A DNA stretch of 64,000 nucleotides from Dehalococcoidia bacterium (GTDB lineage Bacteria > Chloroflexota > Dehalococcoidia > Lucifugimonadales > QGNO01): assembly GCA_965249115.1 (NCBI GenBank), contig CBDFLI010000001.1:282908-346907 (forward strand), given 5' to 3'. The position numbers and the translations under genes are program-made. A model generated the notes under the pieces. It was not told the origin of the DNA, did not search any database, and saw only the letters and a program-made list of their open reading frames with translations. Positions 47,627 through 56,991 of the stretch are shown one piece after another. The stretch's first letter is position 1, and the number at the start of each line of letters is the position of its first letter.

Positions 47627-48388
47627 TTGCGAGACCGGGTTGTTCTGGTAACGGGCTCTTCCAGAGGTATCGGGCGGGGGATAGTGGAGGGCTTTCAGAG
47701 AGAGGGCAGTACCGTCATCGTGACAGGGCGCGAGGCCGCTAGCCTGGATAAAACGTATGAGGAGCTGGCGGCCTCCTGGGGAGAGGAGCACGTGTACTCC
47801 TTCCAGGGGGACCTGACCGATGAGCAGACCATGAATGAGCTGGTCCAGACCGTCGAGACCCGTTTCTCCCGCCTGGACGTTCTGGTGTGCAACATCGGAA
47901 GTGGCAGATCTGTTCCGCCACTTTCGGAGGACCAGACCGAGTGGGACCGGGTGCTGCGAATCAACCTGCTCTCCGCCTCTGCGGCCGTCAATGCATGCGT
48001 GCCGCTGATGGAGAAAACGGGCGGTGCCATCGTACTCACATCATCAATTACCGGCCTTGAGGCCCTGGGAGCACCGGCCACCTATTCGGCGGCCAAGGCC
48101 GCCTTGAACTCCTACAGCAAAAACCTGAGCAGGCCCTTGGCTGCCAAGCGGATCCGTATCAATGTGGTGTGCCCGGGCAACATCATGTTCCAGGGTTCGG
48201 TCTGGGATAGAAGGATGGCAGAGGATCGAGAGGGAACAGTGGCGATGCTGGACCGGGATGTGCCGCTCAGCCGGTTTGGCCTCCCGGAGGAAATTGCCGA
48301 TGCAGTCGTTTTTCTTGCCTCAGAGCGAGCCTCCTTCATCACTGGTGCTTGTTTGGTGGTAGACGGTGGACAAACGCGCTCCTTCTAA
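47627..48388 (+). CDS. SDR-family oxidoreductase
   Basis: VVLVTGSSRGIGRGIVEGF...YSAAKAAL catalytic YxxxK. TTG start. Confidence 0.85.
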   Translation: MRDRVVLVTGSSRGIGRGIVEGFQREGSTVIVTGREAASLDKTYEELAASWGEEHVYSFQGDLTDEQTMNELVQTVETRFSRLDVLVCNIGSGRSVPPLSEDQTEWDRVLRINLLSASAAVNACVPLMEKTGGAIVLTSSITGLEALGAPATYSAAKAALNSYSKNLSRPLAAKRIRINVVCPGNIMFQGSVWDRRMAEDREGTVAMLDRDVPLSRFGLPEEIADAVVFLASERASFITGACLVVDGGQTRSF

Positions 48389-49028
48389 AATCGAGATTTC
48401 AGCCTCCACACGGGCTGATCTGGCGTCGCGGATCCGCTCGCTTCTTCAAGCCTCTATAGCTCTGAAGCAGCAGGTCATGGAAACACAGGTAGATACTATC
48501 GTGGAGATGGCAGAAGCCATCGTTCAATCCTTGCAACAGGGTGGCAAAGTATTGCTGTGTGGCAACGGTGGTTCGGCCGCCGATGCACAGCACCTCGCCG
48601 CTGAGTTGCTGGTACGTTTGCGACCACAAGTTAATCGGGAAGGCATCCCGGCAATAGCCCTGGCCATGGATACATCGTCGATGACGGCCAGCGCCAACGA
48701 CTACAGCTTCGAGGTTTACTACGCGCGCATGACCCGAGCCTTGGGCAAGCCCGGGGATGTACTTATTGGGATCACTACCTCGGGCAAGTCGCCAAACGTG
48801 GTCCAGGCTTTACAGGCTGCTCGTGAGAAGGGGATGGTAACCATGGGCTTCCTTGGCGGCGACGGTGGCTCCGCCCTGGCCGAATGCGATCTGGCCTTGG
48901 TTGTGCCCTCAACAGTGACGGGCCGCGTTCAGGAGGTCCACACTACTGTTGGGCACGCGATGATGGAACTGGTTGAAGACCTGCTGCTGGAAAGTGGCCA
49001 TCTCCTAAACGAAACTCCGCATCTATGA
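48366..49028 (+). CDS. SIS-domain sugar-phosphate isomerase, GmhA (sedoheptulose-7-P isomerase)-like
   Basis: KVLLCGNGGSAADAQHLAAELLVR...ALAMDTSSMTASANDYSFEVYYARM...GITTSGKSPNV. Confidence 0.8.
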   Translation: MDKRAPSKIEISASTRADLASRIRSLLQASIALKQQVMETQVDTIVEMAEAIVQSLQQGGKVLLCGNGGSAADAQHLAAELLVRLRPQVNREGIPAIALAMDTSSMTASANDYSFEVYYARMTRALGKPGDVLIGITTSGKSPNVVQALQAAREKGMVTMGFLGGDGGSALAECDLALVVPSTVTGRVQEVHTTVGHAMMELVEDLLLESGHLLNETPHL

Positions 49029-49852
49029 CGAACGCTTTTGATCTGACAGGGCGGGTAGCCATCATAACCGGCGGCGCCGGTTTCCTGGGCAGGCAGCACG
49101 CCGAGGCCCTGGCAACTGCGGGCGCAAACTGCGTCCTGGCGGACCTGGACGGCGACCGGGCGGCTCAAGGAGCGCAGGAGCTGTCACGGGGTCACGGCGA
49201 GCGTCCCATGCTGGGTCTCAAGGTGGACGTCACCAGGCCTGATGATGTCAGCAGACTCCTGTCGGAAACTCTGGATACTCTGGGTAAGGTGGATATCCTT
49301 ATCAACAACGCCGCCATTGATCCCAAGGTGGACGAGACGGCCTCGGTGGCGGAGTCTTGGCACGTTGAGAACCTGCCTCTGGAGGAGTGGGACCATCAGC
49401 TGAATGTTGGACTCACCGGGGCCTTCCTCTGCTGCCAGGTCATAGGCTCCCACATGACCAGCCAGGGCGGAGGAGTGATCCTGAACATCGCCTCAGATCT
49501 TTCGGTCATCGCCCCGGACCAGCGGATCTATCGAAAGCCCGATACCGAGGAGGCCCAGCAACCGGTCAAGCCTGTGACCTACTCGGTAGTCAAGACCGGG
49601 CTGATCGGGCTGACGCGCTACCTGGCGACGTACTGGGCGGGTAAGAATGTCCGGGTAAACGCCATCTCTCCTGGAGGAGTCTATAACGGGCAACCCCAGG
49701 AGTTTGTTGACCGGCTGGCGGACCTTATTCCTATGGGTCGCATGGCCGTTCCCGGGGAGTACCAGGCGGCGGTGGTGTTCCTGGTCTCGGACGCCTCCTC
49801 CTACATGACGGGGCAAAACCTGGTCATGGACGGCGGCCGTACCGTGTGGTAG
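49025..49852 (+). CDS. SDR-family oxidoreductase
   Basis: VAIITGGAGFLGRQHAEAL...YSVVKTGL. ATGA-coupled. Its last 48 nt are duplicated at 50806-50853. Confidence 0.85.
   Translation: MTNAFDLTGRVAIITGGAGFLGRQHAEALATAGANCVLADLDGDRAAQGAQELSRGHGERPMLGLKVDVTRPDDVSRLLSETLDTLGKVDILINNAAIDPKVDETASVAESWHVENLPLEEWDHQLNVGLTGAFLCCQVIGSHMTSQGGGVILNIASDLSVIAPDQRIYRKPDTEEAQQPVKPVTYSVVKTGLIGLTRYLATYWAGKNVRVNAISPGGVYNGQPQEFVDRLADLIPMGRMAVPGEYQAAVVFLVSDASSYMTGQNLVMDGGRTVW
49803..49850 (+). repeat. 48-bp perfect direct repeat, copy 1 (3' end of SDR gene)
   Basis: acatgacggggcaaaacctggtcatggacggcggccgtaccgtgtggt, identical to 50806-50853. Confidence 0.95.
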
Positions 49853-49917
49853 GGGCAGGTGCCCTTCCAGATTCGATTATTGTATCCACAGGTTCAAACT
49901 GAGAAGCTCTTGATGTA

Positions 49918-50748
49918 TTGGAGGACGCCATGAAAAGAAGTCCGATGGCTAGGCGGTTGCATCGAATTGTGAAGGAGAGGCTTGGAATACGTGCTGTAAA
50001 CTACCCCCCACTACCCACCGAACATGATCCCATCAAGCAAATGAAGAGGCAGGCTAAAGTCAAAGACGGGAACCGGTTTGATTTCCACCTTTTGCAGTTG
50101 CTGGAAGAGTCTTTCTCCTACGATTACGATACTCCGGGGCTCAGAAGTGCCAAGGACAGGATGCGTTATCTTCTTACGTGCTATGAGCTGTTCAAGAAAG
50201 TGGTGACGATACCCGGCCATATTGTCGAAGTAGGCGTCTATAGGTGATTAACCGCCATGTTGTTTGGTCACTTCATCGAGTTGTTCAACCAGCAACCGTT
50301 TAGACAATACTTCGGATTCGATACCTTCGAAGGGTTTGCAACAGAGGACCTTGTAGGGGAGGCTGACACTGTGCCGCTGGCAGGCAATTTCCTCAATACC
50401 AGCTATGAGTTCGTGACGGCGCTGGCCCAACGCCAGGGATATCACCATATGCATTTCGTGAAAGGTGATGTGAAGGATACCTTGCCCCGTTTCCTGGAGG
50501 AACGTCCGGATTTCAAGGTCGCCCTTCTGTACATCGATTGTGATGTGTACCTTCCTACGAAACTTACTCTGGAGCACCTCATTCCCAGGATGCAGAGCGG
50601 TGGGATCATTGCTTTTGACGAGTACAACCACTGGCCCGAAATGCAAGGAGAGACCAGGGCTGCCGACGAGGTCCTGCGCCAGTATGGCCTGCGACTAGAG
50701 GTGCTCGAACCTCCATCCACCATTAGCGCATATTGCAGAGTGGATTGA
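49918..50748 (+). pseudogene. TylF/MycF-like class I SAM-dependent methyltransferase interrupted by in-frame TGA (50245-50247)
   Basis: Track ORFs 49918..50247 and 50257..50748 are in the same frame: ...IVEVGVYR-TGA-LTAMLF...GFDTFEGF...LLYIDCDVYLPT...GGIIAFDEY. The TGA sits where the family has Gly. Confidence 0.7.
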
Positions 50749-50805
50749 GCTATGCTGTTTCCGGTGATGTTGGAGTGTAGTGGCTCGCTGTGCCGATAAC
50801 CTCAA

Positions 50806-50853
50806 ACATGACGGGGCAAAACCTGGTCATGGACGGCGGCCGTACCGTGTGGT
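50806..50853 (+). repeat. 48-bp perfect direct repeat, copy 2
   Basis: Identical to 49803-49850; lies 35 nt upstream of the next gene start. Confidence 0.95.
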
Positions 50854-50888
50854 GATGAGTTCCCTTTGCGAAGCCTGATGGGTTACGA

Positions 50889-51593
50889 ATGACCATGCAA
50901 CAGCAGCCCTGTTTAGCGATAATTCCAGCTCGTGGTGGCTCCAAACGGATTCCACGCAAGAATATCCGGGACTTATGTGGCAAGCCGGCTATCGCATACA
51001 CCATCGAGGCGGCGCTGCAAAGCGGTATCTTCTCCCAGGTCGTTGTGAGTACTGATAGCGACGAGATAGCTGAGGTGGCAGGACGCTATGGCGCGGACGT
51101 CCCCTTCATGCGGGACTCCAACCTGGCCGATGACTACACGCCGGTGTCTCTGGTGACTGTGGATGCCCTGAAAAGGCTTGATCCCCATGGTACGTCCTTT
51201 CAGCGTGTGGCACAGTTGATGCCTAACTGCCCCCTTCGGACGGCAGAAGACATCAGGAACAGCCACCGGCAGTTCATAGAGACGGGAGCCGATTCCCAGA
51301 TATCGGTGACCCGCTACGGATGGCTAAACCCCTGGTGGGCCATGACGCTGGGCGACGGAAACCGTATAGCCCTCGTCCATGATGTGCAGATGAATTCTCG
51401 GAGTCAGGACCTGCCGGAGGTCTACTGCCCCACCGGTGCCATTTGGTGGGCCAAGGCAGATGCATTGCGACGTGAAAAGACGTTTCACATACCTGATCGG
51501 ACCGGGTGGGAAATCTCCTGGCAGCGAGCAGTGGACATAGATACAGAAGAAGACTGGCAACTGGCCGAACTACTTATGCAGGTGCGCCCGTAG
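50889..51593 (+). CDS. Acylneuraminate-type cytidylyltransferase (CMP-nonulosonate synthetase), copy 2
   Basis: CLAIIPARGGSKRIPRKNIRDLCGKPAIAYTIEAAL...FMRDSNLADDYTP. Confidence 0.85.
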   Translation: MTMQQQPCLAIIPARGGSKRIPRKNIRDLCGKPAIAYTIEAALQSGIFSQVVVSTDSDEIAEVAGRYGADVPFMRDSNLADDYTPVSLVTVDALKRLDPHGTSFQRVAQLMPNCPLRTAEDIRNSHRQFIETGADSQISVTRYGWLNPWWAMTLGDGNRIALVHDVQMNSRSQDLPEVYCPTGAIWWAKADALRREKTFHIPDRTGWEISWQRAVDIDTEEDWQLAELLMQVRP

Positions 51594-51603
51594 AGTTAGG
51601 AAA

Positions 51604-52515
51604 ATGATAGCAACGGCACGACTGGCGCTGTATACCACAGTATATCCAGGCGTTGAAAAGTACTTGCTCGCCTGGCACGACTCCGTGCTTACCCAGACCG
51701 ACCGAAACTTTGATTTATGGATTGGCGTTGATCAGCTCAGTGTTGATTCGCTGAAACACGCAATTCAAGAAGAGGTAGGTACGGTATGGGTAAAAGGTGA
51801 TGAAGGAGACTCACCGGCCCTGGTCCGCCAGAGAGCAATCGAACTGATTGTTAGTGAATATCCCGCGGTGGTGTTTGTTGATAGCGACGACATACTGGCG
51901 CCAACACGAGTAGAAGCTGCCAGGGAACTACTGGAAAAGTATGATGTCATCGGCTGCGCGATGCGCATTATCGACGAAAAAGGGGATGATCTGGGGGTCA
52001 CTTTTAATGTACCCCAAGGCACAGACCTATCCAGCATATTGCCGCGGCACAACATTTTCGGATTGTCGAATTCTGCATACCGTTGCACTGTCCTTCGAAA
52101 TTGTCTGCCGATTCCCCTTGAAGTGGAATTGATTGACTGGTATCTGGTTACAAGGGCATGGATATCCGGGGCAACTTTGAGCTTCGACCACACTTCCCGA
52201 ATGGCTTACCGCCAGCATTCCAACAATATCGCGCGAGTTTTGCCTCCTTTCACACAGAATCAAATTCTCTCTGCCACGGAGCGTGTCCTTAACCATTACG
52301 ATCTGTTCCTGTCAAATGGCCAGGAGCTTGAACTGCCATTTAAACAGCACCTGACACACTCTCGTAACTACGTGGAAAGGTTTTGCACAGCCATGAGAAG
52401 TTCACGGGTTTTATTGGAGCGCTATGCGGAGGCCTTAAACCAATTGCCAGCAAAGCACGTCTGGTGGTCATGTGTTGCACACACAGAACTGGAGGGTATA
52501 TGGACAGGAAAGTAG
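51604..52515 (+). CDS. Glycosyltransferase family 2-like protein
   Basis: VVFVDSDDILAP (DxD-like). Family-2-like N-terminal half. No TM segments. Confidence 0.6.
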   Translation: MIATARLALYTTVYPGVEKYLLAWHDSVLTQTDRNFDLWIGVDQLSVDSLKHAIQEEVGTVWVKGDEGDSPALVRQRAIELIVSEYPAVVFVDSDDILAPTRVEAARELLEKYDVIGCAMRIIDEKGDDLGVTFNVPQGTDLSSILPRHNIFGLSNSAYRCTVLRNCLPIPLEVELIDWYLVTRAWISGATLSFDHTSRMAYRQHSNNIARVLPPFTQNQILSATERVLNHYDLFLSNGQELELPFKQHLTHSRNYVERFCTAMRSSRVLLERYAEALNQLPAKHVWWSCVAHTELEGIWTGK

Positions 52516-53531
52516 AACTGGCGGGACACTTGATTGGTCCTGGTGAACAGCCGTACATCATTGCGGAGATCGGGGCAAACCACAACGGGGATATGGCGCT
52601 TTGCCGTCGTCTCATCGATGCCGCTGTTGAATCTAGGGCAGACGCTGTGAAGTTGCAGTCATGGACAGATAAAAGTCTGTTCTCAAAGGGTGTGTATGAG
52701 GAGAGTCCGGACCTCCACGGCGAGGTTAGACGGTACCAGTTGTCTATCGAACAACACCTAGAAATACAAGAGTATTGTAAATCAAAGGGGGTCACCTTTT
52801 TCTCAACGCCAGTCTCAATGGCTGAAGCAGATATGCTCGAAGAAATGGATGTCCCCTTCTATAAAATAGCCTCTATGGACGTCAATCATTTACCCTTCCT
52901 TCGTCATGTTGCCCGTAAGAAAAGGCCGATGGTGATTTCCACTGGTATGGCTACGTTAAGTGAGATCGAACAGGCTGTAAACGTTGTTCGTGGCGAAGGG
53001 AACGAAGAGATAGTATTGCTGCATTGTGTTGCTCTTTACCCACCAGACTTCGATATTGTGAATCTACGAAATATTGGAATGCTTTCGGATATTTTTGGTG
53101 TGCCGGTTGGCTTTAGCGACCATACCGTTGGTATTGGGTGTTCGTTGGCAGCTGTTGCATTGGGAGCATGTGTTATAGAGAAGCACTTCACCCTTGACAA
53201 AAACATGGAAGGCTGGGACCACTCCATCTCTGCAGATCCGGCCGATATGGCACTACTAGTCCAGGAAGGACACAACATCCAGCGTTCCCTCGGCAATTAT
53301 AATCGTACGGTAAGTGCGGATGAGATCGAGAAAGCCAAGTTAATGCGGCCGTCTCTGGTGATGAGGCAAGCAATGAGAAGCGGCGACATTGTCACAGAGC
53401 ATGACCTGGACTTCAAACGTCCGGGCACTGGCATAAGACCTGATGAGATGCATTACGTTGTTGGTCGCAGGTTGGTGAAAGATGTGGAGGAAGATGAACT
53501 ACTTCTGTGGAACCACCTACAGGAGCGTTAG
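52500..53531 (+). CDS. neuB: Nonulosonic acid synthase (NeuB/LegI/PseI type) with SAF domain
   Basis: ATG 52500 inside the track ORF. PYIIAEIGANHNGDMALCRRLIDAAVESRADAVKLQ...VGFSDHTVG...VIEKHFTLDK. C-terminal SAF: GDIVTEHDLDFKRPGTGI. Confidence 0.9.
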   Translation: MDRKVELAGHLIGPGEQPYIIAEIGANHNGDMALCRRLIDAAVESRADAVKLQSWTDKSLFSKGVYEESPDLHGEVRRYQLSIEQHLEIQEYCKSKGVTFFSTPVSMAEADMLEEMDVPFYKIASMDVNHLPFLRHVARKKRPMVISTGMATLSEIEQAVNVVRGEGNEEIVLLHCVALYPPDFDIVNLRNIGMLSDIFGVPVGFSDHTVGIGCSLAAVALGACVIEKHFTLDKNMEGWDHSISADPADMALLVQEGHNIQRSLGNYNRTVSADEIEKAKLMRPSLVMRQAMRSGDIVTEHDLDFKRPGTGIRPDEMHYVVGRRLVKDVEEDELLLWNHLQER

Positions 53532-53688
53532 GGTGAACGACGAGAATAGTGTATATGGAAATGGTAGATGTTAATCCACCATGCCTAAAGGCTTAGATAG
53601 CATCCACGCCTTGGGTCGCTATCGCGGGGCCACCGTAGGAGTGGAGTACGCAGAGGCGTTCATGCTGGTGAGGGAAGTTGAGTAGATA

Positions 53689-54663
53689 ATGAAGTTCGTG
53701 TACTTCGGTGATGGCTTATGGGCTACGAAGTGTCTTGAGCGTCTTCGGGAAGAGGGGCATCAGCCGTTGGCTGTTATCCTACGGCGCAAGCCGTCTGACG
53801 AGACTCTGGCAGCGTTCGCCCAACAGTCGGGCATCCCCGTGCATGTACCTGAGCAGGTCAATAACCCCGAGTTCGTAGGCTGGGTGCGCTCAATAAGGCC
53901 GGACCTGAACATTTCAATGTCCTACGACCAAATCTTCCGTCAGGCCATTCTTGAGTCAGCCCCGTTGGGATTTATCAACTGCCATGCGGGAAAGCTGCCC
54001 TATTACCGGGGGCGAAATGTCATCAACTGGGCCATCATTAACAATGAGCAGGAGATTGGGCTTACTGTCCACTATATGGATGAGGGAATCGATACGGGTG
54101 ACATTATTCTTCAGTCCACCTTACCTATTACTTGGGGTGACACCTACGGGACCGTATTGCAGAAGGTACAGGATGCCTTTTCGGAAGTGGTGGCAGAGGC
54201 CGTGCGGCTCATCGAAAGGAATGAGGTGCAGAGGCAACCCCAGGTGCACATGGAAGGGACCTATTTCAGCGCTCGTGTTCCTGGTGATGAATGGATTTAC
54301 TGGAATGACACAAGTTTGAACATCTATAACAAAATCCGGGCCATTACCCATCCTGGACCTGGGGCGCGAACTCTTTTGGGACATGGGACCCAGATCGTCT
54401 GGGAGGCGTATTACGATAAAGGTTGGCCTAAATATATAGCAACACCCGGTGAGATTGTTGAAGTCTTGCCAGGCAAAGGAGTCAAGGTAAAGACGGGGGA
54501 TTCCGTTTTGCTCTTGACGAGAGTCCAATCGGAGGGTGAGTCTGAACCGGAGCAAACACCCAAATTCCGGATTGGTACTCGCTTTGGCATTAACCTCACA
54601 GAGGATGTATATCGGCTCCAGCGAGATGTGGAAGACCTGCGTAAGCTAGTCGGTAGTAAGTAG
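53689..54663 (+). CDS. Formyltransferase (Fmt/ArnA-N-like)
   Basis: GFINCHAGKLPYYRGRNVINWAIINNEQEIGLTVHYMDEGIDTGDIILQ (HxSLLPxxRG-type motif variant). Confidence 0.8.
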   Translation: MKFVYFGDGLWATKCLERLREEGHQPLAVILRRKPSDETLAAFAQQSGIPVHVPEQVNNPEFVGWVRSIRPDLNISMSYDQIFRQAILESAPLGFINCHAGKLPYYRGRNVINWAIINNEQEIGLTVHYMDEGIDTGDIILQSTLPITWGDTYGTVLQKVQDAFSEVVAEAVRLIERNEVQRQPQVHMEGTYFSARVPGDEWIYWNDTSLNIYNKIRAITHPGPGARTLLGHGTQIVWEAYYDKGWPKYIATPGEIVEVLPGKGVKVKTGDSVLLLTRVQSEGESEPEQTPKFRIGTRFGINLTEDVYRLQRDVEDLRKLVGSK

Positions 54664-54684
54664 TGAAAGGATCAAATCGTAAGT

Positions 54685-55749
54685 ATGAACACGCCGGAGC
54701 GTGTCCAACGAGTCCTCACATCACCGGATAAGTCCCTACGGGACGCCATACAACTAATGGATTCCGGTGGCATGGGCATCCTGCTGATAGGGGATGAAGC
54801 CGGCAAGTTGCTAGGAGTCGTCACCGATGGTGATTTCCGCCGCGCGATTCTGCAAGAGTTGGCCCTTGATAGCCCGATCAGTGCCATCATGAGCGCTGAC
54901 CCATTGGTGTATCACGGGCCTGTTACAAACAGTGAAGCGCTGCGTTTGATGAACGAAGGACGCTCCTTCCTGATCAACCACCTTCCCATTGTGGACGACC
55001 AGGGGAAGGTGGTTGACATTATTCTGCGCAGCGACCTCAGCTCCGAGCGCTCGTTGCCAGTGACGGCGGTGGTCATGGCCGGCGGCTACGGCACCCGGCT
55101 ACGTCCTCTGACCGAGGAGCTTCCCAAGCCGATGTTGCCCGTAGGTGATCGGCCGCTCCTGGAGCTGATCATAGAACAGTTGCGACGAACAGGCGTTCGC
55201 CAGTTGAACCTGACTACCCACCACAAGGCAAAGGTTATTACTCAACACTTTGGGGATGGTAGGGACTTTGGGGTTGGGATCACGTACATTGAAGAGGATA
55301 GGCCCCTGGGAACGGCTGGGGCGTTGCGCCTGGTGAAGGTGTCCGATGAGCCGCTGCTGGTGATTAACGGCGACATCCTGACCAACATAGATTTCCGTGC
55401 CATGCTGGACTTCCACCGGGAGCAGCAGGCGGAGATGACCATCGCCGTTCGGGAGCACGAGTTTCCCGTTCCGTACGGTATTGTCCACACCGAAGGCATG
55501 GTGGTCACCGGTATCTCGGAGAAGCCGGTGGTGCGGCACTTCATCAACGCCGGTATCTACCTGCTGGACTCGGGGCTGTGCCGGTTTATACCCGAAGCCC
55601 AACCCTACGACATGCCGGACCTGATCAGCAAACTGTTGACGGAAGGTCGCCGCGTGGTTAGCTTTCCAGTGCGAGAGTATTGGCTGGATATCGGAGGGAT
55701 AGAAGACTACCGTAAGGCAGTGCTGGACGTGGAGAAGGGTGAAGTATGA
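54685..55749 (+). CDS. CBS-pair + sugar-1-phosphate nucleotidyltransferase (PtmE-like)
   Basis: N-terminal CBS pair, then VVMAGGYGTRLRPLTEELPKPMLPV...INGDILTN. Confidence 0.85.
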   Translation: MNTPERVQRVLTSPDKSLRDAIQLMDSGGMGILLIGDEAGKLLGVVTDGDFRRAILQELALDSPISAIMSADPLVYHGPVTNSEALRLMNEGRSFLINHLPIVDDQGKVVDIILRSDLSSERSLPVTAVVMAGGYGTRLRPLTEELPKPMLPVGDRPLLELIIEQLRRTGVRQLNLTTHHKAKVITQHFGDGRDFGVGITYIEEDRPLGTAGALRLVKVSDEPLLVINGDILTNIDFRAMLDFHREQQAEMTIAVREHEFPVPYGIVHTEGMVVTGISEKPVVRHFINAGIYLLDSGLCRFIPEAQPYDMPDLISKLLTEGRRVVSFPVREYWLDIGGIEDYRKAVLDVEKGEV

Positions 55750-56741
55750 GCGGTAGAGCCAATTGGGCCAATCGGACCGTGCTTGTAACAGGTGCGGGTG
55801 GCTTCATTGGTAGTCATTTGACGGAGCGCCTGGTGGCCCTTGGCGCCCGCACACGAGCTTTCATACGCTACAACTCGGCCAATTCATGGGGGTGGCTAAA
55901 CAACTCTCCGGTGAAAGATGATATTGAGGTCATGGCAGGCGATATCCGTGACCCAGAGAGCCTGCAACCAGCGACTCGGGGAGTTGACGTCGTATTTCAC
56001 CTGGCTGCTCTGATCGCAATCCCCTACTCATACAAAGCTCCCCTCTCATTTGTACGGACAAATGTTGAGGGGACCCTGAACGTGCTTCAAGTGGCCAAAA
56101 ATGCTGGAGTGCAACTGGTGGTTCACACATCTACCAGCGAAGTGTACGGGACGGCCCGTTATATTCCCATCGATGAAGGCCACCCGTTGCAAGGGCAGTC
56201 GCCCTACTCGGCGAGCAAGATTGGGGCCGACATGATCGCTGAGGCTATTGGCCGCTCTTTTGATCTTTCCGTTGCCGTCATCCGACCTTTTAATACCTAT
56301 GGGCCACGACAGTCGGCTCGGGCAGTTATTCCAACCATTGTCACCCAGGCTCTGACTGACTCTGCCGTGTATCTTGGCAGTCTGGAACCAACTCGAGACT
56401 TCAACTATGTCGCCGACACTGTTGAAGGGTTTATCCGTACCGCCGAATCTTCCAAGGCCGCCGGTGAAGTCATCAATGTCGGATCAGGGCAAGAGATTTC
56501 GATTGGGGATCTGGTGAAGATGATCTTCGAAAAGGTCGGGCGAGAAATACCGGTCGTCCATGACGATCAACGAGTCCGTCCGTCGTATAGTGAGGTGGAG
56601 CGGCTCTGTGCAGACAATAGTAAGGCGCAAGAGCTACTCGGCTGGCAGCCACGGTACACGCTGGATGATGGGCTCACCGAAACCATAGGGTGGATAAAAG
56701 AAAATCTTGGAAACTACCGGCTCGGCACGTATACGGTCTGA
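55746..56741 (+). CDS. NAD-dependent NDP-sugar epimerase/4,6-dehydratase (extended SDR)
   Basis: VLVTGAGGFIGSHLTERL...STSEVYG...YSASKIG. ATGA-coupled. Confidence 0.85.
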   Translation: MSGRANWANRTVLVTGAGGFIGSHLTERLVALGARTRAFIRYNSANSWGWLNNSPVKDDIEVMAGDIRDPESLQPATRGVDVVFHLAALIAIPYSYKAPLSFVRTNVEGTLNVLQVAKNAGVQLVVHTSTSEVYGTARYIPIDEGHPLQGQSPYSASKIGADMIAEAIGRSFDLSVAVIRPFNTYGPRQSARAVIPTIVTQALTDSAVYLGSLEPTRDFNYVADTVEGFIRTAESSKAAGEVINVGSGQEISIGDLVKMIFEKVGREIPVVHDDQRVRPSYSEVERLCADNSKAQELLGWQPRYTLDDGLTETIGWIKENLGNYRLGTYTV

Positions 56742-56991
56742 GCCCGGCCCGCCGAAACTTGGGAGGTGGTCCCCTTGCGGGTATGCAGTTATCCAAGGTT
56801 GTGGAAAAGTTTGAGAGTGGTGGGCGAAGGGAAATAGTCCACCTGCCAATTCGTCCTTGGGTTTGGCTTGCCTCGACTAGAGGCGCTTGAACATCTCTCT
56901 CCACGGATAGCCATACTGCATGCTGAGTTGGTCCATTCATGGCCCCTTTGATGTTGGGGTGCGACGGTGTCCTCGGTACGTGAATCCAAAC

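Noticed and set aside
50245-50247. Alternative genetic code (UGA = Gly, as in SR1/Gracilibacteria) as the explanation for the in-frame TGA
   Set aside because: Many well-supported genes in this window terminate at TGA (coaE, NUDIX, the class IV aminotransferase, the rluD/lspA junction), so the standard code applies.
53532-53688. 34-codon ORF (MPKGLDSIHALGRYRGATVGVEYAEAFMLVREVE) between neuB2 and the formyltransferase
   Set aside because: It has no RBS and no family I can recognise. It may be a gene relic like the epimerase fragment, but the evidence is too thin to annotate.
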